From Macrostomum hystrix (taxonomy: Eukaryota > Animalia > Platyhelminthes): DNA of 64,000 nucleotides. Shown in pieces: positions 49,613 through 62,702 of this stretch. The DNA lies in assembly GCA_950097015.1 (NCBI GenBank), contig CATNEN010000039.1, positions 7,502,001 to 7,566,000 on the forward strand. Reading direction: 5' to 3'. Both the position numbers and the translations under genes were made by a program. Each line of letters opens with the position of its first letter. The stretch's first letter is position 1. A model generated the notes under the pieces. That model was given only the letters and a program-made list of their open reading frames with translations, ran no database searches and had not been told where the DNA came from.

Positions 49613-51621
49613 TTTCGACAGTGCCAGCTATGACGACATCCACACATGGATCATCCATGGATCATCGTCATGGATCATCGTCATCCACACATGGATCATC
49701 CATGGATCATCGTCATCGATCATCGTCATCCACACATGGATGACGAGCAAGCTGCAGCTCTTGACGCGGTTGCGATGTGAAAACATGTTAAAACTAGTAT
49801 CAGGAAGTAAGGCTTTTATTTCAACTATGTTTGCTTAGAATAGGAGTTTCCAGGTTTATACTCGTACATTTGTTTTTTGTCTTCTTCACTAACTACTAAG
49901 TCAATCTTGCATATTGAAAATGGCTCGTGACTTTATCATGTAATCATGTATCACACAGTCGATGCAATTATGTTATTTGCAACTACATGCATCGCAATAG
50001 TTTTGTTGCAGTAATGTTGGAGTAATTAACAAGGTAACAAATAAATATTAAACGATTCGAAGTTTAAATCATACATGGCAGTCTGTTGGTACGCTTTGAT
50101 TAAGAAAGAGTCAGTTGATTTTCAACGTCACGATTTTTATTTTTGATTTTTCTTTTCTGAAGCCTTGCCTAAGCGTAAAAAAGGACGACTTAAGTAGAAG
50201 GACTAAGCACTAAATATAAATGGAACATTTTAGAGGCCACATTTTTAGATGAACTCACTTTGAAACGAATGCATGCATTTTTTAAACAAAAAGCATGTAG
50301 GACGTGATAGCTAATATTGCTAGCATCACTGCTGAGAATACGCAATAGCTGAAGCACTGCATGGCGGAGAGGAAGATAGAGGAAGAGGAAGATACACACT
50401 ATAGTTGACGCACATTTGACTCAGCGATGCACTGATGCTGCCGCAGTGATAATGCTTGACCGTCCGTATCAGGAATGTCCAATGCAAAATCGGCGATGCG
50501 CCGACGATTTTCTAATGGCCTTGGGCATGGAAGAATGCCCAGAGTGTCATCAGCGCAGGACAGATTCAAGGTCAACAGACTGCTGCGGTTGCTGGCAGTC
50601 GTCTTCAGGCTGGATGACGGGACCGGGCTGACATTGGAGCAGGCGGCAGCACCTTGGCAGCAGAAACTTTGGCAGCAGAAGCGTTGATGTCACCGTCAGC
50701 GTGAGCTTTGCTGCGCGCACAGCCAGTATTTGCTGATACAGACACTGCGTTATGCACCTGGTAGGATTACTTTTTCGATATCCCATTGTATCGCGGTATG
50801 GCACCGATGAAAATCAAAATTATGATTGCATCGGAGAAATAGCTCGTACTCGTACTCGTACTTGGAGGCGAAGCGTATTCTATGAGTATCTTTGATTTAG
50901 AGAATAAGTAAATGCGACATATTTCTAGCTATTCCGCGCTTTCCGCGCGTAAAAGGTCTCTGATTGAAGAGAACTCAATGAGTGATTGTTCCGTCTTTTA
51001 GAGCTGAAAATCACGGTGAGTCACCGTCATCCCTTTCAAAACCTTAAAACTTTCTTGCATTGCTCAAACAGGTTTCTAGGCGTGATGGGTGCATTTTCAA
51101 GTTTTCGAAGTATAAAAAACAATTAGGCACAATCTTATGTTGCTAATTAAAGGTTTCAATTCGGTTTTTACATCAACAATAAAGTTTATTAAGTACAAAG
51201 CGTAGGTATATTACAATTTTCATGGCATACAATCTAAAATGTAGCTTGTCCTATATACTTTAATTATACCTAACGGCTGTTTGGTGAATTTGGCCTCTAA
51301 GCATCACGTTATTTTGAGTTCATTTACTATACTGTCCAGAGCAGACGGAGTGAGACGAGATTGCCAGTAAGAAACTTTTTTGAAAGCGCTCATAGGTTAT
51401 CACAGAACAATAGACACAAGAAAATCTGCAGTGTTGTAGCAGATTGCATGGATCGCTTGGTGTGCACTGAAACGTGCAGTTCGGAAAAGCATAAACCCAC
51501 TCTATAAAATATAGGCGAATCTTTCTCGCAAAAATTATGCCACCCAGATTGTCCTCACGGTATTATCGCACTATCAGCCCTGTATCTAGAGAAACTGCAT
51601 TTGCACTCTTAAGCGAATGAA

Positions 51622-52116
51622 ATGTCAGCCGCCGCTCGTTATCAGCCTGGGTCTATGGAAGGCGACCTAAGGCGCAACGTTCAGCTGGTTGTGCAGCTGG
51701 CTTGCGAAGCGCACGGAGACAATCGCGGAAGAGTTGCTAGATCAGTTAAGCAGCAGCTGGACAGGCAGCTCGCTCCTAGCTGGCAGGTCATTGTTGGCCG
51801 GAACTTCGTCTGGTAAGTGGACAAGAATTGGGTAATAATATGTTGCTGCTGTTGCGTGCAATATGCATGGCCGATTGGCTGAGTGAGAATGGAAGTACAA
51901 AAATGAGCAACAGTCCTGTGCAATGAGCAACATATTTAAATATATGCATGGCTGTGGTGAATGACACTTCAACTTACATTTCAAATTCGTAAACTTAACA
52001 AAAAAGCAGTCTTTTTCATTGATTCAAATTTCAGCAGTGTCGCCTACGAGAGAAGCACACTTGGCTACTTTGAGGTTGGCGAGCATAAAATCATTGTTTA
52101 TAAAGCTGGCTTATAA
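51622..52116 (+). CDS. Dynein light chain LC8-family protein, divergent (90 aa, 2 exons)
   Basis: Exons 51622-51812 and 52035-52116 with a phase-2 GT-AG intron. VARSVKQQLDRQLAPSWQVIVGRNFVCSVAYE...YFEVGEHKIIVYKAG fits the LC8 pattern. Confidence 0.85.
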
Positions 52117-52955
52117 AACGTTTGTCACAATTCAGCGATAATTGACTATAAAATATTGTATATACACATACAGTACCTGTAGTAGCCATAATTTGTAAAA
52201 TAATGTTTAAGAAATTCGTTTTTTGCCTGCATCCACACTATATGCTGTGTAAAGATAGTAAATTAGTTTATAAATAGCATTCATTAGTGATCATTATATC
52301 GACAGTTTGTATAACAATAAGAGCTTATCTATGTGCACATTTATGCTAAAAGCAAATTACTGCTCTGACTTTCATACTGTTACACCTATTTGCGATTACT
52401 TTATGTCAGTTTTTACTGCATGCTGCGTATGGCGAATCTGTCCTTCGTAAAGTTCATACACATGACAAAAACATGACCAATATATAATATGACATGGGCT
52501 TATCGCAACATAAAACTTATATAGGAATTTGCTGATGTTTATTGTTAGCCGATAAATGAATTGCAGCCTCAGCCGCACTTGACTTACTTCACTTATCCGC
52601 ATGACAGTCCGCGTGGAGGCGAGTGTCGTCCATTCCTTTTATGTCGCTTTTAAAACAAATTCTTGTTTGTTTGAATTATTAGTCAATCTATTGGGATATG
52701 CAGATCATTTATAAGTTACTAGCTTTTTTTGCCCGTTGTTTTTAAGGCAGAAATTTAAAGCAAAGCAGTAAGCAATTCACGTCTCTGTATTAACTTTATA
52801 GTGAAGGTCACCATTTATTTATTTACTGCATTAATGAAAAGTGAAGAGTTTGTTTAAGGGCGTTTTAAGTAAAAAATAAGTGAAAAGTTTGTCCAAACAG
52901 CCCCCTCTTGATTACTTCTTTAGAAACATGTCTCTTAGCCACTCCTCTATACAGT

Positions 52956-53197
52956 CAGTGGCAGATCCAGGAATTTTGTTTTGGGGCGGTCTGTCAGGGG
53001 AGCGCCATGAGAATCACAGAGGGGGTGCCAGCGGCCGAAAAAGGACGCCAGGAGCCAAGAAAGGGCGCCAGCGGCTGAAAAACGGGAGCCAGCGGCTGAA
53101 AAAGGGGCGCCAGCGGCCGAAAAGGGGCGCATCTTATTCCCATGATTAAAATTTAGGGGGGCGACTGCCCCCCCGCCCCCCCCTAAATCTGCCTCTG
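52956..53197. mobile_element. hAT-type MITE nested in the Helitron 3' region (also at 54998-55273 and 57348-57620)
   Basis: TIR CAGTGGCAGAT / ATCTGCCTCTG and 8-bp TSD TATACAGT in all three copies. Confidence 0.85.
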
Positions 53198-53349
53198 TAT
53201 ACAGTATGCATGTACACGCGTATACATAAGGAAAATAGCCATGGCATAACAATAACAATGTCAAAGAAACAAAATTAAACTGTTTCAGAGTTCAGAGTTA
53301 GACAGGTCAAGGTCAATTCGTGACTACTTTTCTATTAATTGCTTGCGAG

Positions 53350-54012
53350 TCACCTCAAGGCCTGGGGATACACCACATTTTTCGTTCTTCCCCTTGGTGC
53401 GAAAATGAATAGGCCAGCTGGAGTTCCAACACGGGAGCAGGCGACATAAAGCTGCCCATGCGAGAAGCAAGGAGTCTCCAGGTTGATCCCAGCTACCTTC
53501 AGCGACTGTCCCTGAGCCTTGTTAATAGTCATCGCAAAGCACACTCTCACAGGGAACTGCAGTCGCTTGAACTGAAATGGCAGGTCCGTGGGGATAATTG
53601 GAATCCGGGGAACGAATACAGACTCTCCTCTGCCAGATCCAGTCATTATCGTGGCCTCAATCACGTGTGGGAAGAGCCGCCTGACTATCAGTCTGGTGCC
53701 GTTACACAGCCTTGGCGCATTCAGGTTGCGGAGGAGCATAATTGGTGCCCCAACTTTCAGCTGCAAGTTGTGCGATGGAGTTCCAGGAGGATCTAGAGAG
53801 TTCAGAAACTCAACAGGATACTCCACAGCGGTGTCATCAGTCAACGTTGTATCAATTGACTTGTAGGTGAAAACTGCACCTGGCAACTCCTGAAGCAGTT
53901 GGTAGTTAATTTCGTTGGCGGCATCATTTCTAGGACACAGAATTGCCCTCTCTGACAGCCAGTCAACGTCAGCATATCGAACCATCAGGTTCGGGTAAAC
54001 TTTTGCCTTGAG
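53350..54012 (-). pseudogene. Helitron RepHel PIF1-like helicase C-terminal fragment
   Basis: RAILCPRN, LKVGAPIMLLRNLN...LCNGTRL, RLQFPVRVCFAMTINKAQGQSL, FSHGQLYVACSRV, TKNVVY. Confidence 0.9.
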
Positions 54013-54760
54013 CTTTTTTGACGATTTTTGAGCAGTTTTTTGCACTTTTGAGCAGGAAGGAAATGATTTTTCGGGAATTTGAGTAGCCTATTGCACTCAG
54101 CGTAGGTGGTTTTAGGTATGTGCAAAGTTTGGTGCGATTTGGTTGAGCGGTTTCGGCGTCTATAAAGACAAAAGACAGACACTGGGACGCCACCGCACTC
54201 ACCGCACTCAGTCTCAGTGCTGCTTGGGGGCCAGTAGACAATCTAGGGGTTTGGGCTGTGTACATTCACGGCTTGAAATACAATGTACAGTCTGGGGCTT
54301 CGGCGCCCGGGGAAGGGAGGGGGGTGGCTGTAATAAAATTTGGCCCGCAGAGTGGCGGAGGGGAGTTGGGGTGGCTGTCCTCGGAAAACAAAAAGTGACT
54401 CACTTTGAGATGATGCAGCTTTGCTCTGGATTGAGTAGAGATGTTCAAAATTGACAGCATTGTTGGAAAACATGTAAAGTGTAAGTGGATCAAATTTGGA
54501 GAAAATCTGACAAAGTGGGGCGACGATATGTCGAATTGAGTGATTTTTTGACGATTTTTGAGCAGTTTTTTGCACTTTTGAGCAGGAAGGAAATGATTTT
54601 TCGGGAATTTGAGTAGCCTATTGCACTCAGCGTAGGTGGTTTTAGGTATGTGCAAAGTTTGGTGCGATTTGGTTGAGCGGTTTCGGCGTCTATAAAGACA
54701 AAAGGTTGCACACAGACAGACAGACAGACAGACAGAGTTTTCACTTTTATATATAAGTTA

Positions 54761-57042
54761 CTAGCTTTTTTTGCCCGTTGTTTTTGGGGCAGAAATTTAA
54801 AGCAAAGCAGTAAGCAATTCACGTCTCTGTATTAACTTTATAGTGAAGGTCACCATTTATTTATTTACTGCATTAATGAAAAGTGAAGAGTTTGTTTAAG
54901 GGCGTTTTAAGTAAAAAATAAGTGAAAAGTTTGTCCAAACAGCCCCCTCTTGATTACTTCTTTAGAAACATGTCTCTTAGCCACTCCTCTATACAGTCAG
55001 TGGCAGATCCAGGAATTTTGTTTTGGGGCGGTCTGTCAGGGGAGCGCCATGAGAATCACAGAGGGGGTGCCAGCGGCCGAAAAAGGGCGCCAGGAGCCAA
55101 GAAAGGGCGCCAGCGGCTGAAAAACGGGAGCCAGCGGCTGAAAAAGGGGCGCCAGCGGCCGAAAAGGGGCGCCAGTGCTGCGACTGGCGCCCCTGGTGGG
55201 GGCATCTTATTCCCATGATTAAAATTTTGGGGGGGGGCGACTGCCCCCCGCCCCCCCCCTAAATCTGCCTCTGTATACAGTATGCATGTACACGCGTATA
55301 CATAAGGAAAATAGCCATGGCATAACAGTAACAATGTCAAAGAAACAAAATTAAACTGTTTCAGAGTTCAGAGTTAGACAGGTCAAGGTCAATTCGTGAC
55401 TACTTTTCTATTAATTGCTTGCGAGTCACCTCAAGGCCTGGGGATACACCACATTCTTCGTTCTTCCCCTTGGTGCGAAAATGAATAGGCCAGCTGGAGT
55501 TCCAACACGGGAGCAGGCGACATAAAGCTGCCCATGCGAGAAGCAAGGAGTCTCCAGGTTGATGCCAGCCACCTTCAGCGACTGTCCCTGAGCCTTGTTA
55601 ATAGTCATCGCAAAGCACACTCTCACAGGGAACTGCAGTCGCTTGAACTGAAATGGCAGGTCCGTGGGGATAATTGGAATCCGGGGAACGAACACAGACT
55701 CTCCTCTGCCAGATCCAGTCATTATCGTGGCCTCAATCACGTGTGGGAAGAGCCGCCTGACTATCAGTCTGGTGCCGTTACACAGCCTTGGCGCATTCAG
55801 GTTGCGGAGGAGCATAATTGGTGCCCCAACTTTCAGCTGCAAGTTGTGCGATGGAGTTCCAGGAGGATCTAGAGAGTTCAGAAACTCAACAGGATACTCC
55901 ACAGCGGTGTCATCAGTCAACGTTGTATCAATTGACTTGTAGGTGAAAACTGCACCTGGCAACTCCTGAAGCAGTTGGTAGTTAATTTCGTTGGCGGCAT
56001 CATTTCTAGGACACAGAATTGCCCTCTCTGACAGCCAGTCAACGTCAGCATATCGAACCATCAGGTTCGGGTAAACTTTTGCCTTGAGCTCCTGCACTGA
56101 CTGCACAATGGTTCCGATTGTAGCGATCGATGACTGCCCATCCTCGGTGCTAATCTCCAGCAGACCATTGCCGATTCGCAATAGACTGGCAGAGAACTCA
56201 TGAGCTGTTTCGTCTCCTTGAATTGTAGCTCTCATGTTAGTTCGTAGGTGCAACTTCACAACCGATGGCCACAGGTGAGATGATTTTGGCAAGCATTAAT
56301 CTCATCAGCAGGAGTGCCACGCGGAATCACAGGCAGCGTCTGTCTAAAGTCTCCAGACAGCAGCAGAGTGACACCACCCATCAGTTGATCGCCAGCCTCT
56401 CTCTTTCTTCTATCCCAGGCTGGCTGGAGAGAAATATCGACCGGAGAGCCCTGCGCACTGGGACGCCACCGCACTCACCGCACTCAGTCTCAGTGCTGCT
56501 TGGGGGCCAGTAGACAGTCTAGGGGTTTGGGCTGTGTACATTCACGGCTTGAAATACAATGTACAGTCTGGGGCTTGGGCGCCCGGGGAAGGGAGGGGGT
56601 GGCTGTAATAAAATTTGGCCCGCAGAGTGGCGGAGGGGAGTTGGGGTGGCTGTCCTCGGAAAACAAAAAGTGACTCACTTTGAGATGATGCAGCTTTGCT
56701 CTGGATTGAGTAGAGATGTTCAACATTGACAGCATTGTTGGAAAACATGTAAAGTGTAAGTGGATCAAATTTGGAGAAAATCTGACAAAGTGGGGCGACG
56801 ATATGTCGAATTGAGTGATTTTTTGACGATTTTTGAGCAGTTTTTTGCACTTTTGAGCAGGAAGGAAATGATTTTTCGGGAATTTGAGTAGCCTATTGCA
56901 CTCAGCGTAGGTGGTTTTAGGTATGTGCAAAGTTTGGTGCGATTTGGTTGAGCGGTTTCGGCGTCTATAAAGACAAAAGGTTGCACACACACAGACAGAC
57001 ACACACACACACAGACAGAGTTTTCACTTTTATATATATAGA
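54761..57042 (-). mobile_element. Non-autonomous Helitron, unit 2
   Basis: 5' A|TCTATATATATAAAAGTG at 57042 and 3' CTAG|T at 54761. Confidence 0.9.
55426..56390 (-). pseudogene. Helitron helicase fragment (longest copy, frameshifted)
   Basis: Same motifs as unit 1 plus LRTNMR and an upstream out-of-frame MGGVTLLLSGDFRQTLPVIPRG. Confidence 0.9.
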
Positions 57043-57772
57043 TGAAATGAGAGGCCAATAAGGTGTGCGTTATGTGTGCCAGGCATATGGACTGAATTAT
57101 AGATGGGATACTAGCTTTTTTTGCCCGTTGTTTTTGGGGCAGAAATTTAAAGCAAAGCAGTAAGCAATTCACGTCTCTGTATTAACTTTATAGTGAAGGT
57201 CACCATTTATTTATTTACTGCATTAATGAAAAGTAAAGAGTTTGTTTAAGGGCATTTTAAGTAAAAAATAAGTGAAAAGTTTGTCCAAACAGCCCCCTCT
57301 TGATTACTTCTTTAGAAACATGTCTCTTAGCCACTCCTCTATACAGTCAGTGGCAGATCCAGGAATTTTGTTTTGGGGCGGTCTGTCAGGGGAGCGCCAT
57401 GAGAATCACAGAGGGGGTGCAAGCGGCCGAAAAAGGGCGCCAGGAGCCAAGAAAGGGCGCCAGCGGCTGAAAAACGGGAGCCAGCGGCTGAAAAAGGGGC
57501 GCCAGCGGCCGAAAAGGGGCGCCAGTGCTGCGACTGGCGCCCCTGGTGGGGGCATCTTATTCCCATGATTAAAATTTAGGGGGGCGACTGCCCCCCCGCC
57601 CCCCCCTAAATCTGCCTCTGTATACAGTATGCATGTACACGCGTATACATAAGGAAAATAGCCATGGCATAACAATAACAATGTCAAAGAAACAAAATTA
57701 AACTGTTTCAGAGTTCAGAGTTAGACAGGTCAAGGTCGATTCGTGACTACTTTTCTATTAATTGCTTGTGAG

Positions 57773-58383
57773 TCACCTCAAGGCCTGGGGATACACCACA
57801 TTCTTCGCTCTTCCCCTTGGTGCGAAAATGAATAGGCCAGCTGGAGTTCCAACACGGGAGCAGGCGACATAAAGCTGCCCATGCGAGAAGCAAGGAGTCT
57901 CCAGGTTGATGCCAGCCACCTTCAGCGACTGTCCCTGAGCCTTGTTAATAGTCATCGCAAAGCACACTCTCACAGGGAACTGCAGTCGCTTGAACTGAAA
58001 TGGCAGGTCCGTGGGGATAATTGGAATCCGGGGAACGAACACAGACTCTCCTCTGCCAGATCCAGTCATTATCGTGGCCTCAATCACGTGTGGGAAGAGC
58101 CGCCTGACTATCAGTCTGGTGCCGTTACACAGCCTTGGCGCATTCAGGTTGCGGAGGAGCATAATTTGTGCCCCAACTTTCAGCTGCAAGTTGTGCGATG
58201 GAGTTCCAGGAGGATCTAGAGAGTTCAGAAACTCAACGGGATACTCCACAGCGGTGTCATCAGTCAACGTTGTATCAATTGACTTGTAGGTGAAAACTGC
58301 ACCTGGCAACTCGTGAAGCAGTTGGTAGTTAATTTCGTTGGCGGCATCATTTCTAGGACACAGAATTGCCCTCTCTGACAGCC
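57773..58383 (-). pseudogene. Helitron helicase C-terminal fragment, third copy
   Basis: Near-identical to the other two copies; fused in frame to non-coding Helitron 5' sequence. Confidence 0.88.
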
Positions 58384-58878
58384 CGGGCTTCGGCGCCCGG
58401 GGAAGGGAGGGGGTGGCTGTAATAAAATTTGGCCCGCAGAGTGGCGGAGGGGAGTTGGGGTGGCTGTCCTCGGAAAACAAAAAGTGACTCACTTTGAGAT
58501 GATGCGGCTTTGCTCTGGATTGAGTAGAGATGTTCAAAATTGACAGCATTGTTGGAAAACATGTAAAGTGTAAGTGGATCAAATTGGGAGAAAATCTGAC
58601 AAAGTGGGGCGACGATATGTCGAATTGAGTGATTTTTTGACGATTTTTGAGCAGTTTTTTGCACTTTTGAGCAGGAAGGAAATGATTTTTCGGGAATTTG
58701 AGTAGCCTATTGCACTCAGCGTAGGTGGTTTTAGGTATGTGCAAAGTTTCGTGCGATTTGGTTGAGCGGTTTCGGCGTCTATAAAGACAAAAGGTTGCAC
58801 ACACGCACACACAGACAGAGTTTTCACACGCACGCACTCAGTCTCAGTGCTGCTTGGGGGCCAGTAGACAGTCAAGGG

Positions 58879-59264
58879 CAGGGGTAGGCAAACTTATTTG
58901 CTGGCGGGCCAAAGAGAGAACCTAAAAGACGACAGCGGGCCGCATTGACTGTATAAATATGAGATAGGGGAGAGATGAGACACGGAAGAGATGGGACACG
59001 GGAGAGATGAGACACGGGAGAGATGAGACACTGGAGAGATGAGACACGGGAGAGATGAGACACTGGAGAGATGAGACACTGGAGAGATGAGACACGGGTA
59101 AGATAAGACAGTGGAGAGATAAGACACTGGAGAGATGAGACACGGGAGGGATTAGACCGAGAAAGATGAAACAGGACACTGTAGATGTCAGAAGGGGCAA
59201 CGGGCCGGATTTGGGAGCTTCGAGGGCCGCATCTGGCCCGCGGGCCGGAGTTTGCCGACCCCTG
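58879..59264. mobile_element. hAT (Charlie-like) MITE with internal 17-bp repeats
   Basis: TIR CAGGGGTAGGCAAAC / GTTTGCCGACCCCTG. TSD GTCAAGGG / GTCCAGGG; empty site GTCTAGGG is seen in unit 2 at about 56517. Confidence 0.9.
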
Positions 59265-60338
59265 GTCCAGGGGTTTGGGCTGTGTACATTCACGGCTTGA
59301 AATACAATGTACAGTCTGGGGTTCCGGCGCCCGGGGAAGGGAGGGGGTGGCTGTAATAAAATTTGGCCCGCAGAGTGGCGGAGGGGAGTTGGGGTGGCTG
59401 TCCTCGGAAAACAAAAAGTGACTCACTTTGAGATGATGCAGCTTTGCTCTGGATTGAGTAGAGATGTTCAAAATTGACAGCATTGTTGGAAAACATGTAA
59501 AGTGTAAGTGGATCAAATTTGGAGAAAATCTGACAAAGTGGGGCGACGATATGTCGAATTGAGTGATTTTTTGACGATTTTTGAGCAGTTTTTTGCACTT
59601 TTGAGCAGGAAGGAAATGATTTTTCGGGAATTTGAGTAGCCTATTGCACTCAGCGTAGGTGGTTTTAGGTATGTGCAAAGTTTGGTGCGATTTGGTTGAG
59701 CGGTTTCGGCGTCTATAAAGACAAAAGGTTGCACACAGACAGACAGACAGACAGACAGAGTTTTCACTTTTATATATATAGATAGCAATGTGCCATATTT
59801 CTGTGTTTTTCCCACTTAAATTCTGCCTTATTCACGCTTCTTATTAATTTTTTTCGCTTAGGTAATTTAAAACAGCTAAAAATGTTTTGCTTTATTTCTT
59901 AGAATTTTCATGCTCCTAAAGGTTTCGCCATATGCACGAATTGCTACTCGCAGTAGAGTAGTGGGTAAGTAGGTGTTGCGCATTCGCAGTTATTTTTATT
60001 TCCTACTAATTGTTATTTTGTTTTTTAGTAGGATCCGTAGGAACTAATTGCCATTTATTTATCCTGTCTGCCTCAGTTGTACCCCCACCACCACACTCAA
60101 GCACACAAGCACACCTGCTATTGCCGACGGGCGACGTCCCCGGCGATAAGGCGACGGGGGCATGTCGATCGCCTTATGTCGCCTTTTACGGATCCGTCTG
60201 TGAAGCTCTGTGACCTCCTGGTATAGTTCCAGTGGTCATTAGCTTGCATCCTACTGGGGATGATGACCTTAAAGCGCTGAGAAAGATTGAGTGTGCTCGG
60301 CTCACCATCAGCGAGGATGGCAATTCCGTCGCACATCC

Positions 60339-61200
60339 CTAGATCTTTGAGGCATAGTTCCGTGTGTTGCAGAAGCTTGCGCTTCGCTGCCGCTGGGTGG
60401 GTGCTTCGTGCCCACCGCCCTGCGCCAGGATGACGAAGGCTTTTTTAGCTTTAGCGGGGACATGAGGAGACCATGCAGCTAAGCTCATGCTCGAGCTTGA
60501 TGCCGAGACATTTAGTTTGCTTCTGGAAAGGGATGTCCTTACCATTAAGCTGCAGAGGCTGCTGAATCTGCCATTCGTGTCTGCTGTGATAACAACTGTT
60601 TTAGACTTGGAAAGCTTCAGCCCGCAACCAGTTGCCCATGTTTCAGCTTTGTTGATAAAGTTTTGCAGAAGGTCACGAAGGGTATCTGGCACAGGGCCAG
60701 ATGCCACTGCCGTGACGTCATTCGCATAACCAAACAAGGATTGGGATTGGCTGAGCGTCTAAAAGGAGCTCGTCAATAACCATGTTCCAGAGAACTTGTG
60801 AGAGGACTCATTGCGGGCTTCCTTTTGTAGACGGTGGCCGTATACTTGACAAGCCGACCATATATACATGATCCACATCTTGAAATGCGCGGAGTGCATG
60901 TCTGCCCAAAAGGGCTCTGTCGAAAGCCTCGAAGAGGACATTGTCTAAGGCCACTTCGATATCCAGGAAAACGCTGAGGGCAAAGCCATTCCCAAGGATA
61001 GCTTTTTCCAGAGCGCAGGCCCGGGCGTGGAGGGTACTTTCAGGGATCGGCCCGCCCGAAAGGCGTACGTTGGCTGCTGCTGAGCGGCTTGTTTTTTAGC
61101 TCAACGGCAAGGAGGTGCCAGAGCACCTGCAACCTCTCCATCAGCTTGACTATGAAGGAGGTCAATGGTGCGATGGTGCAATGGAGCCGGCCCACTTCCT
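60339..61200 (-). pseudogene. Degenerate non-LTR retrotransposon reverse transcriptase fragment
   Basis: LTSFIVKLMERL, AFRAGRS, FALSVFLDI and GYANDV (YADD-like)...WATGCGLKLSKSKT occur in order with frameshifts. Confidence 0.8.
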
Positions 61201-61685
61201 TTGCCCCAGCTGACAAGCTGGAGGCGGTCGTGTAGTCAAGTCGTGTAGCCGTGAATTCTTTTGTGCGGCACCAGATGAGGATGAATCGTTCCTCGGAGGA
61301 TGTCTAGCTTGCAGACGTCGACAAGCTGACCCTCCACCGCCCTGGGGCGATTAGATGGCACAGTTAGGTCAGAAGCCGGGGCCTGCAGACTTGCCGCATG
61401 TCCTGTTAAGGTCGAAGGGTACGACACCTTTCCATCCAGCCATAGCCAGAGGTACCTGATCACGCACAGGTACACGAAGTTGCGGACTGACGCTCACAGA
61501 CGCTGTGTCTCGCCGGTGCGACCAACCTCAGCCGCACACCCATTTAAGTCTAGAAGGTGAGATTTTTTTGGTCTGAAATCTTTAGAAGAGAGATTGTTGT
61601 CTAAACCTCTCGTATCGCATTTTGTTTAACTACTATTTCCTTTCATTCGTTTTACTTTGTTTCTACATAAAAATTCTTTGTTATT

Positions 61686-62702
61686 GGGTGTGTATAATCT
61701 ATGGGTCTGGGCACACTGGGCTCACTGGGTTTAAAATAATAAAACAAAGTATATAAGTTCGAAAAATTACTAAAGGTTATTCTGATATCGCAAACAGTAA
61801 GAAAATCACTTATAATACAAATTTTCGTATTCTAATTTGTAACCTTGCGCTATTTTTTGCTGACACTTGATTTTGGCGTATTTTTATTTTTTTAGCGTGC
61901 CAAAAGCTAAAGCTGAAACTATGAGGCCGCCATCGCATGTAAAATTTACAACTATTAAATTATGGTTTTCATTTATTTTTCATTCATTTTTTGTACACTA
62001 GGCATTTAAATTTTTTTATTAAAACATTTGTTTCGAAATGTAACATGTACGTTTTCAATGTTTTTGTCTTAAAGTTTTTTACACACTTAGCATTTCAGCA
62101 TACTTTATTTAAATTGTGCGGATATTGCTACATTTTCGTAGTTCTACGGTTCTGTTTTTTTTGTTTTTTTCTTTTCTAACCAGTCGGCAAATATTTTCCT
62201 ATTTGCTGGGCTCCGCAAATTTGTTTTAACTTTCTAGTCAGCTTTATATGTGTTCCACAGCGTATGTATTATCCTTACTTTTGTTGGTAAATATACGTAA
62301 TTGGCAGCTTGTTGGCACGGATTTTTTTTCCATGCCCTCTTCTTTAACAGAAACTATTAGAAACAAAAATCATTACAAAGTAAATCATTTTTATAATTTA
62401 CCAGCAAACAAGTTGAATAATTACTACAGCTTTCTCGTTGCTTTTCGAGAAAAAGTAAAGCTTTCAGTTGAAAGCAAATATTTTATCGAAAGGAAGTTGA
62501 AAATCGTTGTTAAAACATTTAAGTTATAAAGTAAAGACGTAGCAATTTAAAATAAACGTTTCTGAAAATAAAAAAATAATTTTCTATTTTTCTCTTCTTG
62601 CATTTAACGCTGATGAAGGTAAAGAAATGTATTTTTTGTTATAATGTTTCAAACCCAGTGGTCCCAGTGTGCCCAATGCGAGCCCATGTTTTATACACCC
62701 CC
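61686..62702. mobile_element. MITE with 9-bp TSD (Mutator/MULE-like)
   Basis: Imperfect TIR of about 65 bp (GGG.GTGTATAA...TGGGCACACTGGG..CACTGGGTTT). TTTGTTATT is duplicated at 61677-61685 and 62703-62711. Confidence 0.8.

Larger units (their letters stand above)
52719..54755 (-). mobile_element. Non-autonomous Helitron, unit 1
   Basis: 3' end CAACGGGCAAAAAAAAGCTAG|T at 52719, PIF1-like helicase 3' fragment, 5' end clipped within TATATA. Confidence 0.88.
57111..59782 (-). mobile_element. Non-autonomous Helitron, unit 3 (doubled 5' segment)
   Basis: 5' A|TC at 59782 and 3' CTAG|T at 57111. Confidence 0.9.

Noticed and set aside
50416-50804. GC-rich stretch with short ORFs, possibly an exon
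   Set aside because: No recognisable domain or consistent splice partner
57773-58837. 354-aa novel helicase fusion protein
   Set aside because: The N-terminal half is non-coding Helitron 5' sequence joined in frame by a deletion
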